The notes beneath the pieces are model-generated. The model saw nothing but the letters and a program-made list of their open reading frames with translations. It searched no databases and was not told the origin of the DNA. From assembly GCA_029887765.1 (NCBI GenBank), contig JARXPF010000001.1, positions 194,378-258,377 of the forward strand: 64,000 nucleotides of DNA. Reading direction: 5' to 3'. The position numbers and the translations under genes were made by a program. This document shows positions 40,959 through 50,241 of the stretch, piece after piece. This stretch comes from Thermoproteota archaeon (GTDB lineage: Archaea; Thermoproteota; Methanomethylicia; Methanomethylicales; Methanomethylicaceae). Every line of letters begins with the position of its first letter. Positions within the stretch are counted from its first letter, which is position 1.

Positions 40959-41756
40959 TTATATTGTAAAATCAGCATCAATTATATTAATTGAAATTCC
41001 AATAGGAGGAGAACCTCTATAAAGTAAAATAATTGTATGTTTTGTCCCTGGTGATGTAGTTTTTTCAACATAAAAAATAGTTTTTCCAGTTTTCCATCCA
41101 CTATCTATTCCATCAATAATTACTCTAGCACTATCTGTTCCTGTTGCTAAGAAAATAGTTATCTTAATACGAGAACTTAAAGCTGTTACATTTGCACTTG
41201 CATTAAATGCTATTCTTGAATAATCAAGATAGTAAAGATTATTCCATTCAAAAGATAAACTATACCAATAAGATTCTCCTAATTTTGTATTAAAATCATA
41301 ATCATACCATTGAACATACCATTTTCCTATTTTAGAAATTTCTGGAATTTCTGTAATTGGTTTTTCTGCAGTAAATATGTTACCATTACTAGTTACTACT
41401 TTACATTTTTCACTATAATTAAGATTTGTTTGAATTGTTATATCACTTTGTGAAGGAACTACCCATTCTCCTATTTGAAAACTATGACTAGACCATATCT
41501 GAGTTATAATTATAGGCTTAGTAGTTGGATTGAAAGCATAAATTAAAAGATTTCCTGATGAATTTTTAAATTCTAATATAAGCCTCTCTGAGATTTTATT
41601 TACTAAGAACTCTCCTTCTTCTCTTATTGCTTCAAAATAATTTACATAATTTTTAAAAATAAGTAACATTGTTAAAGTAGAAGTCATGAATAATATAATA
41701 AAAATACCAGTTGCTATTAAAGTACTAATACCTTTATTAGCTAACAAGAACTTCAT
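40959..41756 (-). CDS. pilin-like / FlaF-FlaG-like protein with N-terminal hydrophobic anchor
   Basis: KGISTLIATGIFIILF N-terminus, beta-rich remainder. Confidence 0.4.
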   Translation of the reverse strand: MKFLLANKGISTLIATGIFIILFMTSTLTMLLIFKNYVNYFEAIREEGEFLVNKISERLILEFKNSSGNLLIYAFNPTTKPIIITQIWSSHSFQIGEWVVPSQSDITIQTNLNYSEKCKVVTSNGNIFTAEKPITEIPEISKIGKWYVQWYDYDFNTKLGESYWYSLSFEWNNLYYLDYSRIAFNASANVTALSSRIKITIFLATGTDSARVIIDGIDSGWKTGKTIFYVEKTTSPGTKHTIILLYRGSPPIGISINIIDADFTI

Positions 41757-42159
41757 AGAAATTCCCCATTTTAGTTACTATTCTTAAATAAAATGTTGAA
41801 TTAGATAATAGAATTGGAACTGATCCATTAAACCAGACTACATTATTTGGAGCGAGCTTAATTTCCTCTACTTCAGCTTTTGTTCCATTTATAAACATTT
41901 GATGTAATATAACATCTACTTTTCCATAATTATATACAGCAACAGACACTATAGAATTATTGCTTAATACTTCTACAAAAACATCAACAATTACAAATTT
42001 CTCTTTCATACTAATAATATCAATCCTTGTTCTTTCTCCAAATATAGAAGTTACTCCAGTAAGAAATCCTACACTATATGAATATATTATAACACTTATT
42101 GATGATACTATAATTATCATCATTAAAATAGCGATAATTTCACTTATTCCTTTTGCCAT
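41737..42159 (-). CDS. archaeal type IV pilin with class III signal peptide
   Basis: MAKGISEIIAILMMIIIV, a prepilin peptidase-like cleavage motif. Confidence 0.55.
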   Translation of the reverse strand: MAKGISEIIAILMMIIIVSSISVIIYSYSVGFLTGVTSIFGERTRIDIISMKEKFVIVDVFVEVLSNNSIVSVAVYNYGKVDVILHQMFINGTKAEVEEIKLAPNNVVWFNGSVPILLSNSTFYLRIVTKMGNFYEVLVS

Positions 42160-42246
42160 AATTAAGATATTTATTAAGTAAATATATATATCATATTCTT
42201 CAATATTCGAAAAATTTTAATTCTTATGTAATTTTAAGATATATGA

Positions 42247-42324
42247 GCTCCGGTAGTATAGCCCGGTCAAGTATACTGGCCTCTCGAGCCAGTGACGTGG
42301 GTTCAAATCCCGCCCGGAGCACCA
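42247..42324 (+). tRNA. tRNA-Glu (anticodon CUC), CCA encoded
   Basis: Acceptor GCTCCGG/CCGGAGC, T-arm GTGGG-TTCAAAT-CCCGC, anticodon stem CTGGC/GCCAG with loop CTCTCGA, discriminator A then CCA. Confidence 0.8.
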
Positions 42325-42998
42325 AGAAAATTTTCCTATTTTTGAAATATGAGTTGCAATGATGAAGTTTGCATAATGAAGTTTATCCTTGGAGTTGTAA
42401 ATTGTTCTCAGTGCAGTAATTAAATTGGCTTAACATTATTGAAGAAGTGTCTAAAGGATTTATAATAAGCCGAAGTCCAAAACCATTAATTAAAATCAAT
42501 TAGCTCGGTCTTTTTAAGAATTTAATGACTACTAGATAGCATTTAGGGCTATTTGACTAAAAGTTGCTAAGATTTTTATCTAATACTATAGGATATAGTT
42601 AATGTGGTCCCCTTAGATAAGCTATATGCGGCTTGAGGTCTGTCTAGTCTTTCTACTCCTGACTTTTGTTGCATGACTTCACGAGGCTTATTTAAGTAGT
42701 ATATTTCGTGGTTTTAGTTTCAAAACATTCATGATGCTCGTAACTCTACTTGTCATAATCTTATCGAGTTTTAGGATTTACGATCTCCTGCTCAGAAGCT
42801 TTACGTTGGAGCTCAGTATTTATCTTACTCACAGTAGTCTCAATCATAATGTCAGTAGCTCTGGGCATAGCTGTCGCTGCTGGGCATAATTCTAGGTCTT
42901 CGTTGGGCTTGGCTTTTTTTAGGGGCTATATGCAGTCTAGGCTTAATGAGAAGCGTTGACGGAGGCTCGTCTTTAAGGTCTGGAAAGTCGATTATGGA

Positions 42999-43265
42999 AT
43001 GAGTTTACCTCTAACCTCTGTAATCTTCGCTCTGATAAACATAGTCAATTACTGGAGTCCAATTACATCAAGGTGGGAGATAGCTTGGTGGATGTCCATA
43101 CATATCTTAGCATACTTCGCCTTCAGATACTTAGCCGAGGCTATAAGGGAGACATTAGACATTTATACTTCAGCTTCACTACATGAAGGCGTAATGAGTG
43201 CTTATACGTTTCTATCCATTTATACAAGCAAATTGATCCTGAATATCAGTCTATTCATCAACTGA
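42999..43265 (+). pseudogene. membrane-protein gene remnant inside the GC-richer segment
   Basis: 88-aa hydrophobic ORF. Short hydrophobic ORF fragments in other frames lie upstream (about 42733-42990). Confidence 0.3.
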
Positions 43266-43571
43266 TTCATCTTCTTCTACCTTCTAACCATCTTCTTCCA
43301 TGAATATGAAAGCCATGACTATGAATCTAAAGAAAGTAGCCCTCCTTGTATATTAAGAGTCAAAAATGGAAGTTATAATTAATGTGTAAAAATATTTGAG
43401 AACATCCATTATAAGTGAATCTATGAATAAAGAGCTTCCATATTCTTTAATATAATTGTAATTATATAGAACAATTAATTATATTTCCATTAACATAATA
43501 CTCTCAAATAAGCTTAATTTATAAAGACTGTTACTCTAGAAAAACTTAAATGTTTATCAAGAAGTAATTTT

Positions 43572-44429
43572 TTGGGGCTTAAAGATTTGGCACTAGACGT
43601 AGATGAAATAAATAGTATTATAAGAATTCTTGTTCTATTAAGTGTTAAGAAGAATTGTGAATGTGATATTGAGGTATTAAAGCATAAGATTGAAAAATTC
43701 ATAGACTGTCCTCGTTGTGTAGATCGCAAAGAATTTGAGGAGACTCTAAATGAGCTTTTAGCTAAGGGTCTGATAGAGAGAAAGGGAGGGAAAATATCCC
43801 TAACAGAAAGGGGGCATTATATAAGCGAGGAATTGAAAAACGTACTTTTTAAAGACGAGCCCGTTCTGGAGGTTGTGGCTGGACTTACAGATGGTTCTAT
43901 AACAGCGCTCATAGTAACGCTATCTACATTTCTAGCAGGATTGAGCTCTTCACTTACGATTTTCACAGCTACCCTTACTTTGTCAGCAGTGGCAATTACC
44001 AATTTCTCAAGCTTCATACTTGGAGGTAAGACTGAAGATCTAGCAGATTTGATTTCACTAAAAAAACTAATGGAATATAGCACTGAAGGTATAGAGGATA
44101 GTGTAGAACGCAATAAATCTCTTATCTTATTAAGGCGATTATTTGATGTCTTGAAAAAAGAAATTAATAAATCAAATATATATTCTGCATTTATTTGTAG
44201 TTTAACAACTTTTCTTTCTGGTATTATTCCAATAGCCCTTTTCTTATTAATACCCCCACCTTTTGGAATAATCGCTTCTTTAATATTCGTTGGAATTACA
44301 ATAGGAGTGTTTCTAGTTCGTTATAGATCAAAGAAGATGAATATTCGATGGTGGATAACACTCATGGAAACTCTTTCTCTAGTTATAATATCTGTAATAG
44401 TTTCGCTCTTATTAGGAGGAATAACATAA
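43572..44429 (+). CDS. VIT1/CCC1-family Fe/Mn transporter with N-terminal Cys4/wHTH-like domain
   Basis: EVVAGLTDGSITALIVTLS VIT1 signature and TM helices; extra N-terminal CEC..CPRC plus LIERKGGKISLTERG. Codon usage is G/C-richer than the host. TTG start. Confidence 0.6.
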   Translation: MGLKDLALDVDEINSIIRILVLLSVKKNCECDIEVLKHKIEKFIDCPRCVDRKEFEETLNELLAKGLIERKGGKISLTERGHYISEELKNVLFKDEPVLEVVAGLTDGSITALIVTLSTFLAGLSSSLTIFTATLTLSAVAITNFSSFILGGKTEDLADLISLKKLMEYSTEGIEDSVERNKSLILLRRLFDVLKKEINKSNIYSAFICSLTTFLSGIIPIALFLLIPPPFGIIASLIFVGITIGVFLVRYRSKKMNIRWWITLMETLSLVIISVIVSLLLGGIT

Positions 44430-44676
44430 AATCCTTGAAAGTAAACATATGCTTAGCTATCATGGAAACTATGATTAAAAAATACTTAATGAATATTCTA
44501 TAAATTAATTTTATCAATTGATGTCAAAAACATTATCCACTTAGCATAAAATTCAGCTTAATAACAAAATCATGAATCTGTTTATATTGGTTAGATTAAT
44601 AAAAAATTAAATTTATCAATAAGAGAATAGCTAGGCTTAAATAAAATTTTGTTGTATTTTGCTATGCCGGAAGAGT

Positions 44677-44769
44677 GGCCCGGGTAAGATTATAAAATCC
44701 CCGAAGGGTAGTGGTTATCCCGGGGGCCTGTGGAGCCCCAGTTCGCGGGTTCGATCCCCGCCCCGGGCC
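44677..44769 (+). tRNA. tRNA-His (anticodon GUG) with encoded G-1 and an extra roughly 19-nt insert after position 9 (putative non-canonical intron)
   Basis: G-1 then GCCCGGG acceptor, T-arm GCGGG-TTCGATC-CCCGC, anticodon stem GGGGC/GCCCC with loop CTGTGGA, 3' CCCGGGC plus discriminator C. The insert is 44687-44705. An 8-bp leader/trailer stem gccggaag/cttccggc lies at 44666-73 and 44781-88. Confidence 0.65.
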
Positions 44770-44788
44770 CTCGCAACCACCTTCCGGC

Positions 44789-45868
44789 TCATATTTTAAT
44801 TAATTTATATTCTCTAGAACCATATCCTAGTTTTTCCAAAGTAATTATTTGAATTCTACTATTTGTTCCATTAATTTTTCCTAAAGGATCAGGAGGAGTT
44901 ATGCCAAGGTTAGGAAAAATAGGGCTTTCATCAATTAAATCTAATGATGCTTCATCTATGGCTACTGGATCCTTAGATGCTAATATTCCAATATTTTGAG
45001 TAATAATATTCCCAGCTGGAGTGGCACAATCACAGAGTGGAGTAATATCAATAAGAAAATTCATGAAAAATATAGGCTTATTTTTTAATCCTTTAAGTAC
45101 TCCAGAAGCAGCATATGCTAAAGCTTCTTGAAATCTCTCTTTACCATTTTCAAATATTGTTATTGCATTTTGATCACATGAAAACATACAATTTCCACAA
45201 TACATACACTTATTTTCATCTCTTTTAGGCATTCCATTTTTCATAGATATTGCTGAAAAAGCACATGCCATTATGCATTTACCACAATTATTACATTTTT
45301 CATATTGAAAAACAATTCCATGAGCTGCATGTTGATCTCTTTTACTTATTTTTGTTGTACAACCCATTGCTAAATTCTTAATAGCTCCTCCAAATCCTGA
45401 AAGCAAATGTCCCTTCACATGACTTACTATTATTAATCCATCTGCATTAAAAATAGCTTTTGCAATTCTTATTTTATTCATAAAAGGAGATTCTATTTCA
45501 ATATCAATTCCATCTTCTCCATAAGGTCCATCAGCTACTATTATAGGACATGACAAACCTTCTTCAGTAAAACCATTATATTTTGCTGTTTCCAATACTT
45601 CTTTTTCATCTCTTCTAAATCCCGTAGGATATAAAGCAGTAGTTTCAGTTATAAAAGGCTTCATTTTAAAATCCTTAAGAAAATCAACTATTTTTCTAAT
45701 AAAAAATGGTCTAATATATGTATAATTACCTCTTTCACCAATATGTACTTTTATAGCAATTTTAGATTCAGGATTAAAATATTGAATAAAATGACTTAGT
45801 AATTCATCCATTCCTTTTATTATATCTTTATTTTCTCTAAAGTCTAAGAAATAAACTTCAGATTTCAT
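44789..45868 (-). CDS. DUF362-domain Fe-S protein with 2x[4Fe-4S] ferredoxin domain
   Basis: CNNCGKCIMAC..CMYCGNCMFSC. Confidence 0.55.
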   Translation of the reverse strand: MKSEVYFLDFRENKDIIKGMDELLSHFIQYFNPESKIAIKVHIGERGNYTYIRPFFIRKIVDFLKDFKMKPFITETTALYPTGFRRDEKEVLETAKYNGFTEEGLSCPIIVADGPYGEDGIDIEIESPFMNKIRIAKAIFNADGLIIVSHVKGHLLSGFGGAIKNLAMGCTTKISKRDQHAAHGIVFQYEKCNNCGKCIMACAFSAISMKNGMPKRDENKCMYCGNCMFSCDQNAITIFENGKERFQEALAYAASGVLKGLKNKPIFFMNFLIDITPLCDCATPAGNIITQNIGILASKDPVAIDEASLDLIDESPIFPNLGITPPDPLGKINGTNSRIQIITLEKLGYGSREYKLIKI

Positions 45869-45919
45869 AATAAATGAAAGATAAATAAAATTATTTATTA
45901 TTTTTTAAAATCATTTATT

Positions 45920-46417
45920 ATGGGAATGGTAATAATAACTGTTCCAAGTAATAAAGAAGAAAGAGCAAAAATTGAAATTTTAGATTGTATTTTTCCTAAA
46001 GATTATGAAGCTAAATTTATTGAACATAAATATCCTGGATTATTAATATTAGAATCAAAAAAACTTTCTTCAGATGAAATATTAAAATTATTAGAAGAAT
46101 GCCCAACTGCTTATATTTATAAAATAATTCCAGTTGATGATATTGTAGAATCAAATTTAAATTCTATAATAAAAAAAATTGAAGAATTATTAAAAAATAA
46201 AAAAGGAAAAATAAAAGTTGATTGTAAAAAAAGAGGAAGTATAATAAAGTCAAGTCATGAAGTAGAAATATTAGTAGGAAATTTTTTAAAAAAATTAGGA
46301 TTCATAATTGACTTAAAAAATCCAGACTTTATTATAGTTATAAATATAATTGATGAATGGACTGCTATTTCCTTTGGTCCTCCAAAGAGATTCATTGATA
46401 AAAGAATTCATAAATAA
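45920..46417 (+). CDS. THUMP-domain RNA-binding protein
   Basis: 165 aa, matches the archaeal stand-alone THUMP size and pattern. Confidence 0.5.
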   Translation: MGMVIITVPSNKEERAKIEILDCIFPKDYEAKFIEHKYPGLLILESKKLSSDEILKLLEECPTAYIYKIIPVDDIVESNLNSIIKKIEELLKNKKGKIKVDCKKRGSIIKSSHEVEILVGNFLKKLGFIIDLKNPDFIIVINIIDEWTAISFGPPKRFIDKRIHK

Positions 46418-46470
46418 TATTTTACAAAAATCATAAATTCCTCAGAAATAAAATAATAATTCGATAAAAA

Positions 46471-47640
46471 TTGGCTTTTGATATTATTGAAAAAGAATTA
46501 AAAAAACCTACAATATTTAAAAATGAAGGAGCTCTTCTTCCTGATTATGTTCCAATGAATTTAATTCATCGTGAAGAACAATTAAAAGCTCTAAGTAGAA
46601 TTTTTAGATTAATGATAGATTCACCAGGAATGGCTTCTCAAAAAGCAATATTAATTGGAGATGTTGGTGTTGGTAAAACTGTAGTAGCAAAAAGATTTGG
46701 ATTTACATTAGAATTTTTAGCAAAAGAAAGAAAAATTAATTTAAAATATATTCACATAAATTGTTATAAAGATAGAACATTATTTCTTATAATGAAGAAA
46801 ATTATTCAAACAATTATGCCAGGATTTCCAGATAGAGGATTTTCTGCACAAGAATTATTTCATGTAATTTGGAAATATTTAGAAGAGGAAGATGGTTATT
46901 TATTATTAACTTTAGATGAAATGGATTTTCTTACTAGAATAGAAGGAGAAGCTCCAATATATTTTCTATCAAGATTAGGAGATGAATATCTTAATAGAAA
47001 GCAAAGATTAAGTTTAATATTAATTGCTAGAAGATTTGAAGCTCTTGGAGATTTAGATGAACGTACAAAAAGCACATTATTACATAATATAATAAAATTT
47101 GAAAGATATAATTCTAATCAACTCTATGATATAATAAAAATGAGAAGTAATGAGGCATTAAAAGATGGAGTTGTAAATGAAGAAGTTTTAAGAATGATAG
47201 CTGAAATAGCAGCTCCAAGAGGAGATGCGAGATATGCACTTGAATTACTTTGGAGAGCTGGAAAGTATGCAGATGCTGAAGGTTTAAATAAAATTCTTCC
47301 AGAGCATGTAAGAAAAGCACAAGCAGATGTATTTCAAATTCCAGCAAATATAATATTAGAACTTCCATTACATGAACGTTTATTTTTACTTTCAATAGCT
47401 ATTTTATTGAAAAAAAGTAAATCCATATATGTTACAATGGGAGAAGTAGAAAATACATATAGAGTAATTTGTGAAGAAAGAAAGTTAGAGCCTAGAAAAC
47501 ATACTCAACTTTGGGAGTATCTTCAAGATTTAAAAAATTTAGGAGTTTTACAAACAAAAGTAGTGAATATAAAAGGAAGGACTACGTTAATAGGATTAAT
47601 GGATATTTCAGCAGATGCTTTAGAATCTTTATTAAGGTGA
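46471..47640 (+). CDS. cdc6: Orc1/Cdc6 replication initiator
   Basis: AAA+ (GDVGVGKT Walker A, TLDEMD Walker B) plus C-terminal winged helix. TTG start. Confidence 0.85.
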   Translation: MAFDIIEKELKKPTIFKNEGALLPDYVPMNLIHREEQLKALSRIFRLMIDSPGMASQKAILIGDVGVGKTVVAKRFGFTLEFLAKERKINLKYIHINCYKDRTLFLIMKKIIQTIMPGFPDRGFSAQELFHVIWKYLEEEDGYLLLTLDEMDFLTRIEGEAPIYFLSRLGDEYLNRKQRLSLILIARRFEALGDLDERTKSTLLHNIIKFERYNSNQLYDIIKMRSNEALKDGVVNEEVLRMIAEIAAPRGDARYALELLWRAGKYADAEGLNKILPEHVRKAQADVFQIPANIILELPLHERLFLLSIAILLKKSKSIYVTMGEVENTYRVICEERKLEPRKHTQLWEYLQDLKNLGVLQTKVVNIKGRTTLIGLMDISADALESLLR

Positions 47641-47644
47641 AATA

Positions 47645-47923
47645 ATGTTAATTGAAGAAATTTTTTCATCAAAAGGAAAAGTGAAGATACTTAGAGTACT
47701 TTCAGAAAGAGAAGAACTTAATATTTCTGCTATAGTAAAAAAAACTGGTTTAAATCATTCAACAATAAATACTCATTTAAAAAAACTATGTGAATTAGGA
47801 ATTATTGAAGAAAAAAAATTTGGAAGAATAAGAATATTTAGATTAAGAAAAGAAGATCCAAGAGGTTTTGCTATATTAAATTTATTTAATACATTTAAAG
47901 GAGTTGAAAAAATTGAGCGTTAA
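47645..47923 (+). CDS. small ArsR-like wHTH transcription regulator
   Basis: 92 aa, ISAIVKKTGLNHSTINTHLKKLCELGII. Confidence 0.5.
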   Translation: MLIEEIFSSKGKVKILRVLSEREELNISAIVKKTGLNHSTINTHLKKLCELGIIEEKKFGRIRIFRLRKEDPRGFAILNLFNTFKGVEKIER

Positions 47924-48356
47924 AATGATAGATATAAGTCAAAAAGAAATAATAACTAGAGAAGCCAAAGCCATAGGTAGTATAAAATTAAAGCAAGAAA
48001 CTATTGAATTAATAAAAAATAATTTAATAGAAAAAGGAGATGTTCTTACTATTGCAAAAATTGCAACTATTCAAGCTATTAAAAATACTTCAAATTTACT
48101 CCCTCTTTGTCATCCAATACAAATTGAATACATAAATGTAGATTTTGAAATAAAAGATTGTGAAATAGAAGTAATTGTATTAGTAAAAGCAAATGCAAAA
48201 ACAGGAGTTGAAATGGAGGCTTTAGTTGGTGTTGCAATAGCATTATTAACAATATGGGATATGGTAAAAAAGTATGAAAAAAATGAAAATGGACAATATC
48301 CAGAGACTTTAATAAAAAATATTAAAGTTATTGAGAAAATAAAACAGGTAAAATAA
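47904..48356 (+). CDS. moaC: cyclic pyranopterin monophosphate synthase MoaC
   Basis: 150 aa, LCHPI and GVEMEAL motifs. Confidence 0.8.
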   Translation: MKKLSVKMIDISQKEIITREAKAIGSIKLKQETIELIKNNLIEKGDVLTIAKIATIQAIKNTSNLLPLCHPIQIEYINVDFEIKDCEIEVIVLVKANAKTGVEMEALVGVAIALLTIWDMVKKYEKNENGQYPETLIKNIKVIEKIKQVK

Positions 48357-48357
48357 A

Positions 48358-48873
48358 ATGAATCATAAAGAAAATCTTCCAAAAAAATTAAATTATATAA
48401 TGATTGTAACCAGTGATAATATTTTTCTAAAAATTGAAAAAGGAGAAAAATTTGAAGATATTAGTGGAAAAATAGCTGAAGAAATCATAATTAATAGTGG
48501 AAATTCTTTTTTAGGACGCATTTATCTTCCAAATAATGTAGATATAATAAGAGAGAAAGTTAAAGAATTATTAAATAAAAGTGAAATAGATGTTATTTTA
48601 ATAAGTGGAGGAACTGGAATAGGGCCAAAGGATTTCACTATTGAAGCTATTTCACCTCTATTTGAAAAAACTCTTCCTGGTTTTGGAGAAATTTTTAGAT
48701 TTTTATCTTATAAAAAAATAGGAACTTCAGCTATAGCTTCTAGAGCAATGGCTGGGATTTCAAATAAAATTTTAATTTTCTTATTACCAGGATCTCCAAA
48801 TGCTGTAAAACTTGCACTTGAAGAAATAATTATACAAGAAGCACCTCATTTAATAAAAATGATAAGAGGATAA
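48358..48873 (+). CDS. moaB: molybdopterin adenylyltransferase MoaB/MogA
   Basis: ISGGTGIGPKD and LPGSP motifs. Confidence 0.75.
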   Translation: MNHKENLPKKLNYIMIVTSDNIFLKIEKGEKFEDISGKIAEEIIINSGNSFLGRIYLPNNVDIIREKVKELLNKSEIDVILISGGTGIGPKDFTIEAISPLFEKTLPGFGEIFRFLSYKKIGTSAIASRAMAGISNKILIFLLPGSPNAVKLALEEIIIQEAPHLIKMIRG

Positions 48874-48875
48874 TT

Positions 48876-49349
48876 ATGAAAATAATATGTATTATTTCTT
48901 TAAAAAGTGGTTATGGAAAAACTACATTAATTGAAGAAATTATAAAGAAATTGACAAAAAAAGGATTAAAAATATGTGCTATAAAACATTCTTCACATAA
49001 TATTAAAGAAGATTATGGTAAAGATACTTGGAGATTTAGAAATGCTGGAGCCATGGCTTCAGCTATAATTTCTAATGAAGGAATTATTTATCTCTCTAAT
49101 GCAAATCTTACAATTCCACTTATTTCTTTAATGAATCCAGATTTAATAATATGTGAAGGATTTAAAGAATCAAATTATCCCAAACTCATTATTATAAAAG
49201 ATGAAAATGAATTAAATGAAATAAATAAAATAAATAATATTATTGGAATAATTTCTAGTAATGATTTACAAAATATAAATCTTCCAATTTTAAAAAATAT
49301 TGATGAAATTGTAAATTTTATAATTTCAATGGTGAATAAAATTGATTGA
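48876..49349 (+). CDS. mobB: molybdopterin-guanine dinucleotide biosynthesis protein MobB
   Basis: SGYGKTTL P-loop, 157 aa. Confidence 0.6.
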   Translation: MKIICIISLKSGYGKTTLIEEIIKKLTKKGLKICAIKHSSHNIKEDYGKDTWRFRNAGAMASAIISNEGIIYLSNANLTIPLISLMNPDLIICEGFKESNYPKLIIIKDENELNEINKINNIIGIISSNDLQNINLPILKNIDEIVNFIISMVNKID

Positions 49350-50241
49350 TCCATTCAATAGAGAAATTACAGGTTTAAGAATTAGTTTAACACAAAAATG
49401 TAATTTTAATTGTAAATATTGTCATCATGAAGGTGAATTTCAAGTAAATAGAGAAATGACTTGCGAAGAAATTTTAAGAATTGTAAAAATTGCACATGAA
49501 TTAGGAATTAAAAGAGTGAAATATACAGGTGGAGAACCTCTCTTAAGAGAAGATTTAATAGAAATAATAAAGGGATCAATTGAAATAGGTTTAGAAGATG
49601 TTGCTATAACTACTAATGGATCACTTTTAAAAGGAAAATCAAAGAGCCTATTTATGGCTGGATTAAGAAGAATAAATGTTTCAATACCAAGTTTAAATCC
49701 AAAAATTTATTCAAATATTACTGGAGGAAATCTTTTTGATACAATTAATGGAATTATGGATGCTGTAGAAAATGGATTAAAAATTAAAATTAATGTTGTT
49801 TTAATGAAAGGAATAAATGAAAATGATTTATTTAAATTTATAAACTTTGCTTCTTCAATAGGAGGATCACTTCAATTAATAGAATTAGAAAAATTAAATA
49901 TAAGTGATGAATTTTTTAAAGAATACTATATTAGTATATCTTCAATTGAACCTATTTTAAAAAATTTAGCTGAAGAAATCATAATTAGAGAGAATATGAA
50001 TGCTAGAAGAATATATATTATTAATGGAATAAAAATAGAAGTTGTTTCTCCTACAAATAAAGAATTTTGTATGAATTGTTCTAGAATTAGAATTACAAGT
50101 GATGGAAAAATAAAGCCATGCTTAATGAGATGGAATAATCATGTAGATATTCTTGGACCAATGAGAATGGGAGCTTCTGATGATGAGCTTAAAAAAATAT
50201 TTATTAAAGCTATATCACTTAGAGCTCCTTTTTATAAATAA
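49342..50241 (+). CDS. moaA: GTP 3',8-cyclase MoaA (radical SAM)
   Basis: CNFNCKYCHHEG plus C-terminal CMNCSRIR. Confidence 0.85.
   Translation: MIDPFNREITGLRISLTQKCNFNCKYCHHEGEFQVNREMTCEEILRIVKIAHELGIKRVKYTGGEPLLREDLIEIIKGSIEIGLEDVAITTNGSLLKGKSKSLFMAGLRRINVSIPSLNPKIYSNITGGNLFDTINGIMDAVENGLKIKINVVLMKGINENDLFKFINFASSIGGSLQLIELEKLNISDEFFKEYYISISSIEPILKNLAEEIIIRENMNARRIYIINGIKIEVVSPTNKEFCMNCSRIRITSDGKIKPCLMRWNNHVDILGPMRMGASDDELKKIFIKAISLRAPFYK

Noticed and set aside
42325-44665. Calling the tRNA-flanked segment an intact integrative element or provirus
   Set aside because: No integrase, no recognisable att direct repeats of the tRNA 3' ends, and no phage or plasmid genes were seen. Only compositional deviation and gene decay are visible.
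44666-44790. Alternative reading of the tRNA-His locus with gccggaa/ttccggc as the real acceptor stem
   Set aside because: The T-arm (GCGGG-TTCGATC-CCCGC) is followed directly by CCCGGGC, which pairs with GCCCGGG 5' of it. The outer 8-bp helix is separated from the T-arm by 19 nt, so it cannot be the acceptor of a standard cloverleaf.
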